From assembly GCA_964016885.1 (NCBI GenBank), contig OZ024740.1, positions 95,976,001 through 96,040,000 on the forward strand: a stretch of 64,000 nt of DNA, given 5' to 3'. Under the pieces are notes generated by a model, which ran no database searches, was not told where the DNA came from, and saw only the letters and a program-made list of their open reading frames with translations. The DNA is from Eledone cirrhosa. Its lineage: Eukaryota. Both the position numbers and the translations under genes were made by a program. Of this stretch, positions 35,819 to 48,120 are shown piece by piece (the stretch's first letter is position 1; every line of letters starts with the position of its first letter).

Positions 35819-37029
35819 ATTATTTGGGACGCGATAGTATATAAAACTGCTCTAAGTAGCAACTAATGTTAAGATAGATAAGTCAGTCGTATATTTACAT
35901 GGCGTCGCAAAATAATAATAAACATATCGTAACGTAGCCTTTCTATTGTAAATATATTATGAATTTGAAAAATATAATCTAAGTAAAAAATGTCAAATTA
36001 AAATAGAATTTAGAGTGTATCTGAAATAAAGCTTATTAACAATTAAATGTTTGGATCATTGTGACCTCATTATTAATTAATAGGTTGAAATAGAAAGAAA
36101 ACAATGGCACTTTATAACTAGATGCATCGTTTATAGTGACGAGTACCTGCTAAATAATTCATAGATTGACCAAGTAACTATCATGGAATATGTTTTTCTA
36201 CATAATCCCTGGAAAGAAAGAATACTGTTATTAATGAGAAAAGTTGAAATTAATGCATGCAAGATGTAACATCTCGAGCATCGCTCCTTCATAGGCAGTC
36301 TATGAACTTTTCAGCCCACCCTCGTATGTAACATTATTTTATAAAAACGAAGTTGGTGTAGGTTTAAGTGTTTACAAGTAAAAGAAAGTATGAATTAACG
36401 GAAGACGGACGAAATATATACATTTCAATTTAAGTATTAAATTAGGTAAATTAGTTTAATAATTGTAATTGTGATTACCGAAGACTAGTTGAGTACAATT
36501 TAATCGGTACTTATATATAATGTCTTAATTGTAGTCCCTGCCTCAATGTTGAACATTAAATATTATTTTGTGACAGTGATTTCATACGTTATTATTGGAG
36601 TGAACATATATTTGGTAGTGTCGTAAGTTTCGTATATTTTTTTGTGTTGCGTATGTCACATAAGATTTTCATATAGATGACCTATTAATAATGTTAGTTT
36701 TCTGATGTTTACGTTTGGGTCGATTCAGGATTTCTTATTTTGTCAAAGAAATACAATATTTAACATAAATCTAAGAATTGGGAATATCTCCGATAATGAT
36801 GTATATGATTAGTGCAGAAAATATATGAAATGACTAAATTGAATATGGAAAGGTTACAAAGATATATGTGTGCATCTACTTTCATAGCAAAGTTGAATTT
36901 ATTACAAGCAATAATATGCGTTCATGAATATATTATACATGATCATAGTAAATGGACCATCAATTGTGTGGCTGACAATACCAACAACCCCATAAGGAAA
37001 TTAATCCGTAATTGAGAAGTGTAAAAATA

Positions 37030-37192
37030 TGTTTGTTTACTTTTGGCACAAGGCCAGCAATTATTCCAGTGCATTACTGGTACATTATTTTATCGACCCC
37101 TCGGCAGGATTTGAACTCAGGTCGTAAATGGACGTAACTCTACGTTGGAAAGCATAGCGTCCGACTCTCTACCGATACAGCAAAACCACCGT
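37030..37192 (-). mobile_element. Nin-like SINE with internal deletion
   Basis: ggcacaaggccagc...tttatcgacccc...ggatttgaactcag. Confidence 0.75.
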
Positions 37193-37479
37193 TTCGTCAT
37201 TGTCGATTAGGGTGCAATCGGAGACTTATATATTAAAAATTCATCGCAGGCATTGGTACATTTCAATTGCGATCAACTTAAAAAATCCTTAATCTGCGTC
37301 AAGCTTTTGGATAAATGAATATACATAAATACTAACACAATCGCAATACATTAATACTTATTGTCGTATAATTTGATAAAACTGCAATATCCGTATATAT
37401 CGTTGATCCTAAATTAATATATCACAGCGAAAGAATTGTTCTACAAGTCTTTTGGTGCGGTTTCCCTAATTTAGATATC

Positions 37480-37800
37480 TTCTATCGAATGCTGTGAATT
37501 AAAAAAATGTTTTTAATGGAATTAGTAGCACCCATAAGCCGAATAGAAGGGTTATTATTCAAATTCTGTTTGTGATATTTCAACGAAAAATGAGGAGTGA
37601 CAGGATTCAATAGTTTGCTCCATATTCCGTTCATTTTCTTCTGAAGCGCTCCTCTGACCAGAGGCATAGATTGCATTAATCAAACAATGATCGCTTTTCC
37701 TGTAATATTTGTTTTGCTGTTGCAGGTAGTCAATGGTCAGGACTACTCTGGATATGGTGTTAATTATTATTTTAGTTGGAAAGGACACGCATAATATTGA
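37480..37800 (-). pseudogene. Highly decayed Naiad RT fragment
   Basis: PVTPHFSLKYHKQNLNNNPSIRLM aligns to PLTPKFSLKDHKYDFNESPSIRLI of the copy at 1-2286. Confidence 0.6.
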
Positions 37801-38128
37801 AATCGGTTAAATGTGTTTAAAACATGTTGCAAATGCTTGCTTTTGCTTCTAAATTAGGTTTTCCTCATGGTTTCTACTAATTGCTTCTCAAACAATAATA
37901 AAGCGACTTTGCTTGGGATACAATTGTACATTTGATTCTGAAATTTACCTGTTGATTTATGAAACACCATACTATAGAGCGTTTGTGTCTTTTTGTATTA
38001 AAATATGATATTTGGTAGTAATATTCAGACATATTTTAATATATGGTGAAAGAAGTAACTGGTTGTTTTGACTTTCAATCTGTTTTCATAGTAATATTTG
38101 CTCTATTGTTTGCGCATGCCAATTGCCA

Positions 38129-38233
<105 letters not shown>

Positions 38234-38834
38234 TTTATACATACATATATATATATATATAATACAGGGATCTGCATTAGAGTATTCCGCAGTTCACAGT
38301 AATAATAATATTAGATCAAAGAAGAACAGAGAATTATCAACTGAGCTCAAATACAAATATATTACACACAGAGAAGTGTGTTACTCTAATTCCGATCCTT
38401 GTATAATTAACGAGCTCCAAATTCGAATAGTTGGGAGGCTCTCTCTACCATTTTCCTCAATTTATGAGAGCCGTTATTTAATGCAAATAACACGTGTTTT
38501 CGCCCTACTCTGGGCAGCGTGTATATTTGCGTTCTCTCTTTCCATTATGGTAAATGTGTGGCGGACAATTCTACAGTTTCTGACTGAGGAACCTGTGGAC
38601 TTATACGCTACAAATTTGAGTGGCGAAACGAAATAGATTCGTATCAGCAAGCTTTTAGTTATAAGGTTGGAAATTTAAAACTCTACTTCGGAGATGTGAT
38701 TCTGACTTAGTGTACTTTCTATTTAATTGCCAAACTGTAGGTGTTGTTTTCCATACAGTAACGGTTAAACCCACATGTAATAATTCTTTACACACATCTC
38801 ACTGTGTAACACACTTCTCTCTGTGTAATATATT

Positions 38835-38892
<58 letters not shown>

Positions 38893-38896
<4 letters not shown>

Positions 38897-41800
38897 CAAA
38901 CATAAATTATCGAGATTCACATTTCGGCCCACGAAATAATGAAAAACAACCTCAGAGATGTGCGGCAAGTGCTCAATGATTCAGATGAACCAGAGCTATA
39001 ACAAACGTTAAAGGCCAACCAAACTGAGACGATGGTTAAACAATCATTCGCATAGCTAAAAAAATGATCAAGTAATTCGGGTAGAGAAAATTTACCCGGA
39101 CCCCTGGAAGGTTGATAAAATCCAGTATATGGGTTTCTGCGGCTCCTAAATCATGTACCGTCCGCTTACATAAATAATGTCAGGCTTCTGGTAAGATGAT
39201 TGAGCAAGGAAGTCACTTTCTCAACAGGTTTTAGTTCAATACTAATACAAGGACTGACTATTGCTGACCCCACGTGGGGATCGGCAAGGGAGGCAAAAGA
39301 ATGCAAAAACATCACAAATTGAAAAGAGTTCTCGACAGAAGGGTTACAATTAACATAAGATATTCATCAGTCAATAGGATCAACTAAAAAATCAATAAAA
39401 TTAACTGGTCAATAGCTAGAGTCTGGAGAATAATACAAACATAAATTATCGAGTTTCGCATTTAGTCCCCAAAATAACGAAAAACAAACTCCGAGATGTG
39501 CGGCAAGTGCTCAATGATTGAGACGAACCAGAGCTATTACAAAAGTTAAAGGCCAATCACACTGAGACGATGGTTAAACAAACATTCCCATAACCAAAAA
39601 AAACGATCCAGTAATTCGGGTATTGAAAATATACCCGGACCCCTGGAAGGTTGATAAAATCCAATACATGGGTTTCTGCGGCTCCTAAATCAAGTACCGT
39701 CCGCTTACATAAATAATGTCAGGCTTCTGGTAAGATGATTGAACAAGGAAGCCACTTTCTCAACAGGTTTTAGTTCAATGTTAATACAAGTACTGACTAT
39801 TGCTGACCCCACGTGGGATCGGCAAGGGAGGCAACTCCTATATCAGGCGAATGAATTCAGTTGTTTATATTTTTGCAAGAATGCAAAAACATCACAAATC
39901 GAATAGTGTTCTCAACAGAATGGTTAAAATTAACATAAGCTATTCATCAGTCAATAGAATCAACTAAAAAATCAAGAAAATTAACTGGTCAATAGCTAGA
40001 GTCTGGAGAATAATACAAACATAAATTATCGAGATTCGCATTTCGGCCAACGAAATAACGAAAAACAACCTCCGAGATGTGCGGCAAGTGCTCAATGATT
40101 CAGATGAACCAGAGCTATAACAAACGTTAAAGGCCAAACACACTGAGACGATGGTTAAAAATCATTCGCATAGCAAAAAAAAAAACGATCAAGTAAATCG
40201 GGTATTGAAAATTTACAAGGACCCCTGGAAGGTTGGTAAAATCCAGTATATGGGTTTCTGCGGCTCATTAAAGTACAGTCTGCTTACATAAATAATGTCA
40301 GGCTTCTTGTAAGATGATTGAACAAGGAAGCCACTTTCTCAACAGGTTTTAGTTCAATGTTAATACAAGGACTGACTATTGCTGACCCCACGTGGGGATC
40401 GGCAAGGCAAGCAACCCCTATATCTGCCGAATAAATTCAGTTGTTTATATTTTTGCAAGAATGCAAAAACTTCACAAATCGAATAGAGTTCTCAACAGAA
40501 TGGTTAAAATTAACATAAGCTATTCATCAGTCAATAGAATCAACTAAAAAATCAAGAAAATTAACGGGTCAATAGCTAGAGTCTGGAGAATAATACAAAC
40601 ATAAATTATCGAGATTCGCATTTCGGCCCACGAAATAACGAAAAACAACCTCCGAGATGTGCGGCATGTGCTCAATGATTCAGATGAACCAGAGCTATAT
40701 CAATCGTTAAAGGCAAAATACGCTGAGATGATGGTTAAACTATCATTCGCATAGCCCCCAAAAACGATCAAGTAATTCGGGTAACGAAAATGTACCAGGA
40801 CACCTGGAAGGTTGGTAAAAGGCAGTATATAAGATTCTGCGGCTCCTAATTGAAGTACCGTCCGCTTACATAAATAATGTCAGGCTTCTGGTAAGATGAT
40901 TGAACAAGTAAGCCAATTTCTCAACAGGTTTTAGTTCAATGTTAATACAAGGACTGACTATTGCTGACCTCACGTGGGCATGGGCAAGGGAGGCAATCCC
41001 TATATCAGGCGAATGAATTCAGTTGTTTATATTTTTGCAAGAATGCAAAAACATCACAAATGGAAGAGAGTTCTCAACAGAATGGTTAAAATTAACATAA
41101 GCTATTCATCAGTCAATAGAATCAACTAAAAAATCAAGAAAATTAACTGGTCAATAGCTAGAGTCTGGAGAATAATACAAACATAAATTATCGAGATTCG
41201 CATTTAGGCCCCAAATAACGAAAAACAAACTCCGAGATGTGCGGCAAGTGCTCAATGATTCAGATGAACCAGAGCTATAACAAACGTTAAAGGCCAAACA
41301 CACTGAGACGATGGTTAAACAATAATTCCTATAACGAAAAAAACGATCAAGTAATTCGCGTATTGAAAATATACGCGGAGCCCTGGAAGGTTGATAAAAT
41401 CCAATACATGGGTTTCTGCGGCTCCTAAATCAAGTACCGTCCGCTTACATAAATAATGTCAGGCGTCTAGTAAGATGATTGAACAAGGAAGCCAATTGCT
41501 CAACAGGTTTTAGTTCAATGTTAATACAAGGACTGACTATTGCTGACCTCACGCGGGGATCGGCAAGGGAGGCAACCCCTTTACCAGTGGAACTAATTCA
41601 GTTGTGTATATTTTTGCAAGAATGCAAAAACATCACAAATCGAAGAGAGTTCTCAACAGAAGGGTTAAAATTAACATAAGCAATCATCAGTCAATAGAAT
41701 CAATTAAAAATCAAGAAAATTAACTAGTCAATAGCTAGAATCTGGAGAATAATACAAACATAAATTATCGAGATTCGCATTTCGGCCCACAAAATAACGA

Positions 41801-42759
41801 AAAACAATCTCCAAAGATGTGCTGCAAGTGCTCAATGATTAAGATGAACCAGAGCTATATCAATCGTTAAAGGCAAATCACACTGAGACGATGGTTAAAC
41901 AATCATTTGCATAGCCAAAAAAACGATCAAGCAATTCGGGTATCGAAAATTTACCCGGACCCTTGGAAGGTTGTTAAATGCCAGTATATGGTTTTCTGCG
42001 GTCCTAAATCAAGTACCGTCCGCTTACATAAATAATGTCAGGCGGCTGGTAAGATGATTGAACAAGGAAGCCACTTTCTCAACAGGATTTAGATCAGTGT
42101 TAATTCAAGGACTGAGTATTGCTGACCCCACGTGGGGATCGGCAAGGGAGGCAACTCCTATATCAGGCGAATGAATTCAGTTGTTTATATTTTTGCAAGA
42201 ATGCAAAAACATCACAAATCGAATAGAGTTCTCAACAGAATGGTTAAAATTAACATAAGCTATTCATCAGTCAATAGAATCAACTAAAAAATCAAGAAAA
42301 TTAACTAGTCAATAGCTAGAGTCTGGATAATAATACAAACATAAATTATTGAGAATCGCATTTCGGCCCCAAAATAACGAAAGACAAACTCCGAGATATG
42401 CGGCAAGCGCTCAATGATTCAGATGAATCAGAGCTATAACAAACGTTAAAGGCCAAACAAACTGAGACGATGGTTAAACAATCATTCGCATAGCCAAAAA
42501 AACGATCAAGTAATTCGGGTATCAAACATTTACCCGGACACCTGGAAGGGTGGTAAAATCCAGTATATGGGTTTCTGCGGCTCCTAAATCAAGTACGGTC
42601 CGCTTACATAAATAATGTCAGGCTTCTGGTAAGATGATTGAACAAGGAACACACTTTCTCAAAAGGTTCAATGCTAATACAAGGACTGACTATTGCTGAC
42701 CCCAAGTGGAGATCGGCAAGGGAGGCAACCCCTGTATCTGGCGAATGAATTCAGTTGTG
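38893..42759. repeat. Tandem array of a hairpin-rich monomer of about 580 bp (about 6.7 copies), bounded by (TA)n on both sides
   Basis: aaacataaattat recurs at about 38897, 39437, 40017, 40597, 41179, 41756 and 42337. The first unit has a deletion of about 40 bp. Confidence 0.95.
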
Positions 42760-43082
<323 letters not shown>

Positions 43083-43085
<3 letters not shown>

Positions 43086-43293
43086 CTTTGTATCTGGAGA
43101 TCTCTCTGCACTTGTCGGCACATGGTATCATGGGCTCATCACAATGTGACAATAATTGTCAGAAGTATAGTGTTTGTACCAGAGTTTTCAAGTCGCTGGC
43201 TGGATTAAAAAGTTACACTCATTCAGCGCATTGGTAGGAGTTCTCCCACATGGATATAAAGTATTGGCCGTACTCGAAAACGAGTTGGCAGCC

Positions 43294-43295
<2 letters not shown>
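43083..43295 (+). mobile_element. Repeat fragment, inverted relative to copies at 44368-44625 and 44868-45115
   Basis: ggccgtactcgaaaacgagttggcag and its reverse complement are shared by the three copies. Confidence 0.7.
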
Positions 43296-43331
<36 letters not shown>

Positions 43332-43340
43332 TATATATAA

Positions 43341-44322
43341 AAGCAAATTATAAATGTAAACATGTAAATATGTTTTTAAAACGGTGCGCGAGTTTGAAAA
43401 TTAGAAATTAGAAATTATAAGCTTTCACCGTATTTTAGACTAAAGAAATTTCTAGCCTGATAGTGGGGTTTATAACCCACGGAGAAATGGAAAAAGATGA
43501 GTATTGCCGTACATGGAAGTCGAACCAACATCTTTGGTTATCCAGACCACTGTGCTAACATTACACCAATACACATCCCGTCTCCTTCCATTCGAATTAG
43601 AAGCTATGAACTTAGCAAGTGAATGATAAACAAGCAAATTATAAATGTAAACATGTAAGTATGATTTTCAAACGGTGCGCTAGTTTGAAAATTAGAAATT
43701 AGAAATTATAAGCTTTCACCGTATTTTAGACTAAATACATTTCTAGCCTGATAGTGGGGTTTATAACCCTCGGAGAAATGGAAAAAGATTAGTGTTGCCG
43801 TACTTGGGAGTCGAACCCACATCTTTGGTTTTCCAGACCACTGTGCTACCATTACACCAATACACATCTCGTCTCCTTCCATTCGAATTAAAAGCTATGA
43901 ACTTAGCAAGTGAATGATAAACAAGTAAATTCTAAATATAAACATGTAAGTATGTTTTTGAAACGGTGCGCGAGTTTGAAAATTAGAAATTAGAAATTAT
44001 AAGCTTTCACCGTATTTTAGACTAAAGATATTTCTAGCCTGATATTGGGGTTTATAACCCTCAGAGAAATTGAAAAAGATGTTTACATTTATAATTTGCT
44101 TGTTTATCATTCACTTGCTAAGTTCATAGCTTCTAATTCGAATGGAAGGAGACGGGATGTGTATTAGTGTATGGTAGCACAGTGGTCTGGATAACTAATG
44201 ATGCGGGTTCGACTCCCATGTACGGCAACACTCATCTTTTTCCATTTCTCCGAGGGGTATAAACTCAACTATCAGGCTAGAAATTTCTTTACTCTAAAAT
44301 ACGGTGAAAGCTTATAATTTCA
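43341..44322. repeat. 291-bp tandem (about 2.5 units) plus an inverted unit; complete units contain a tRNA-like Pol III module
   Basis: Units at 43341, 43632 and 43923, inversion from about 44080. The module reads tggtgtaatggtagcac...ggttcgactccc followed by ttttt. Confidence 0.85.
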
Positions 44323-44730
44323 AATATATATATATATATATATATATTTTATATATATATATATATATGGTGGCTGCCAACTCGTTTTTGAGTACGGCCA
44401 CTACTTTATATCCATGTGGGAGAAGACCTACCGATGCGATGAATGAGTGTGACATTTTAATCCAGCCAGCGACTTGAAAACTCTGGTACAATCACTACAC
44501 TTGTGACAATTATTGTCACATAGTGCTGAGCCTACGATACCATGTGAAGACATGTGCAGAGAGATCTCCAGATATAAAGCAATGCCTATGCCGTGGAGCT
44601 TTTATAGTGAGCAGAGGCAAATACATATATATACACATACACATAGACACATATACACATATATACATATATATACACACATATACATATATATATATGT
44701 ATATACATATATACACACACATATACATAG

Positions 44731-44831
<101 letters not shown>

Positions 44832-44867
44832 TATGGATACATATATATATATATATCCATATAAATG

Positions 44868-45462
44868 TTGACTGCCAACTCGTTTTCGAGTACGGCCACT
44901 ACTTTATATCCATGTAGGAGAACCCCTACCGATTCGTTGAACGAGTGTGACTTTTTAGTCCTGCCAGCGACTTCAACACTCTGGTACAAACACGACACTT
45001 GTGATAATTATTGACACATAGTGCTGGGCCCATGGTACCATGTGACGACAAGTGCAGAGAGATCTCCAGATATAAAGCAATGCTTGTGCCCTGAAGCTTT
45101 TATAGTGAGCAAAGGCACTGCACAAAGCCAGTCCCACTCTCTTAACCAAGATGATATTTACCAAAAAGAAGAACAAGTCAACATCATTGGATACCATCAG
45201 GGTTGCAGGTGTTATATCAGAGTTTTCCTTCTCCTAGAACTCTGCCTTGACAAAGGCTAAGGGGTCATCTCTCCCGGTGATTTTGGTTGGCAATGGACTC
45301 TTAAGAGCTGATTTGCCCTTTGACAGGTTTTGGTTTTTAGTCCTGCAGGATGTCCAATGTCTCCCTCCTCACCATGAAACCTTAGTGGGGTTGCAAGTTT
45401 AGTCGCCAACGACCCGACCATGAGACAGGTTGTACTGGGATACATGTTACCAGTAGCATCAA
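44868..45462 (-). mobile_element. Probable RTE-clade LINE 5'UTR-derived fragment
   Basis: Minus strand has gtcg..ggcgactaaa and ctaggagaaggaaaactctg, motifs I recall from RTE 5'UTRs; not verified. Confidence 0.45.
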
Positions 45463-45523
45463 CATATATATATATACACACACACATGGGAATTGAACAT
45501 CTGAAACTACTTCGCTTTTCCTT

Positions 45524-45587
<64 letters not shown>

Positions 45588-45595
45588 TATTTATA

Positions 45596-45628
45596 TGTGT
45601 GTGTGTGTCTGTGTGTGTGTGTGTGTGT

Positions 45629-45701
<73 letters not shown>

Positions 45702-45714
45702 TGTGTGTGTGTGT
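45596..45714. repeat. (GT)n microsatellite (also 57360-57482 and 58662-58756)
   Basis: Direct reading. Confidence 0.97.
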
Positions 45715-46525
45715 TTATGAAACAATAATAATAAAAATAACAAAACAAACACGGTACATGGAATAATTACATAAGATTAACGCTTGAAATAGCAGGAAGA
45801 GAGTGAGTCTTAACCCCTTCGTCTTTCAGACAAGTTAGAAATAGATGATAAATAGAGAAGAAAGAGTGATGCTAGAAAGAACGGTGAACATGAGAAAATA
45901 ATTGGGGAAAACAAAAGCCACACGTGTGTATTCGTTCGGCCATCTTAATAGAATAAATGTTGCATTGCTTTTTTCAACTAGACTTAATTTTCAAGGGTTC
46001 ATTTCTCACTCAATAACGCTGCTGAAAATAGAATCTTAGCTATAATAAAGAAATGAGTGCAGACTGCGTATGGTTTATTTCTTTTAATCGAGTTAGTAAA
46101 AGAAGTTGGAAAGTTTGGAAAAATAAGAAATTAATATTACATAATTTATGTACTAAATTTCGTAATTTTTTATTAAATTTAATATAAATAATTCTATTGG
46201 TTATTTAAAATTGACTTCTTTTCAAATTTCAAATTTCTACACTTCCATATATATGGAAAGAAAGAGTGAATGAAGATAGAGATACACAAAGATAGAGTGG
46301 TTATGATTTTCAACACGCTGACGTATGTGTGTGTGTGCACATACATACATCTATATGTATGTGTATATAACTATTATTAGCATATCACTATAATCCTGGA
46401 AACACAAACTTATAAAAATACACGCTTATGGACATACTTTCACACACATACACATACTTACATACATATACCTTTACACACATATACATTCACACATATA
46501 CATTTACACAAACACACACACACAT

Positions 46526-47306
46526 GGTCGTGATTGCAGCGTTTGATGAATTGGAAATGTGAACATAAAACAAGTATAACGTTTTAATTATTTATTAACA
46601 ACAGAGTTTAACTCTTCAAAAGAAAAACTCATTCATATAAACATGTAATACAATGTTTACAGAACGAAGACACAAACAAATATAATATATACAAAAGAAA
46701 GGAAAAGGAAAAGAAGAAAGAGAATAAATACACAAGTACGTAATACACACATATTAGACCACATAAAACAAAATGCAGGCGAAAGAGTGTAAAAAGAGAC
46801 GCTACCGGAGCAAAAGATAGCAATATAGCGAGGAGCACTGGGAAACCACTCTAATAAGTTTTGAGGCAAGCCAGCACGCTTGCAGCGTTACCTGGTGTGA
46901 TGGCGAGGCTGAGGTGTGTAACAACCAAGTGCCCTCACAACCATCAACAATTAACTCTGTTTGGCGAGCCGCCAGTGAAGATAAGAACCTCGCTGTCAGT
47001 ACCCTGACTACCCCAAACGTCTCGAACGCCACAACCTTGATCATATAGTTAGATGACAGAACACGGTATCTTAGGATTTTGTCCCGTTCAGCTCCAGATG
47101 CTGTAGCCTCTCCCTTTCCGCTCTATCCAGGATGTGGGAAGTAGCAAAAGTCACTAACTGTGAAGTCCCAGGGAAGGCACCTGCTTCTTGACTCGGAGCA
47201 CAGAGTAAGACCGTCACGTCGTTTCCCATAAATTCTGGACAACCCAGATGGTTCCACAATTGAGCGGATGTTTGTCCGGGACAAAGTTCTTAAGAGGTAA
47301 TAGAAC
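46526..47306 (-). mobile_element. CRE-clade LINE 3' end (restriction-like endonuclease) plus 3'UTR
   Basis: With frameshifts: EPSGLSRIYGKRRDGLTL...LPWDFTVSD.FATSH...AE.DK..RY..L..NY....AFETFG...LSLAITPGNAASVL, matching the CRE-type PD..D..K RLE domain. Confidence 0.75.
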
Positions 47307-47504
47307 AGTGTGTGTGTATGTGCACGCGTGCGCGTGACGTTGTCGGCATTCCTAAATTAGAGATACGTGTGTGTGTGTCATTGTTTTAAATTTAGAGCCA
47401 TATATGTGTGTATCGCTTTCGTTCCTGTTACACACACATACATTCACACAAACACACATACATATTGTGTGATGGACAGAAATTCCTCAAATTTATATAT
47501 ATGT

Positions 47505-48120
47505 GTGAAACAGTTAGAGAAGTTCAAGTATATTGGAACCGTGTTCATGAGTGATGGAATGCAGGAGGCTGAATTAAGTGCAAGAATTTCAAAAGCTTAT
47601 GTAGTTATGCGCCAGCATCAGCATTCAGCAATTAGAAGAAGGGGGTAGGTGTAAAAGCCAAACTCGCTATGTTGCTGGTATTCCTGTCAACTCTTACCGA
47701 GGATCATGTATCTTGAGTAATGACCAAAATAATACAATTTCAAATAAAAGCGGCAGGAATGAGATTCGTCCGAAGGGTCTTTTGGAGTAACGTCACTTGA
47801 TAAAGTGCATACCTCAGAGACCAGATTGCCACTCCTGGTAGAGCCGCTACTTCTCCGAATTGAGAGATCATAACTCTGATATTATGAGCATGTGGTAAGA
47901 ATGTCTCAGTAAAGAATCGCTGGACACATTGTAAGGCAAAACCAACCGGCAAGAGACCCAGATGTAGACCCTGAGCAAGATAGTTGGATAATATCCATGA
48001 GCTGAGTTGGTCATGCTTTGGGATCCAGCTGGATCAGTTAGAGATGTTTGCTTCTGACTGACTCAATGGAAGGAGTGTTTGAGAGGGATTCTGCCCCCAC
48101 GACCCTCTCAGAAATAAGTG
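47505..48120 (+). mobile_element. RTE (Expander-like) LINE 3' end
   Basis: KQLEKFKYIGTVFMSDG..E.E..ARISKA, AAGMRFVRRV.G, EPLLLRIERS.L, HVVRM, PTGKRPR.RP. Confidence 0.8.

Noticed and set aside
38893-42759. CRISPR array, or a 5S/snRNA/spliced-leader gene array
   Set aside because: Whole units repeat with no unique spacers, and I recognised no 5S, U snRNA or SL sequence. An Rfam search would be definitive.
43500-43580. Functional tRNA gene
   Set aside because: The acceptor stem does not pair cleanly and copies vary in the D, anticodon and T arms; treated as a tRNA-derived module.
46570-46625. Degenerate minus-strand hammerhead (ttgaagag...taaaacgtta) in the CRE 3'UTR
   Set aside because: Both core halves mismatch and no stems form.
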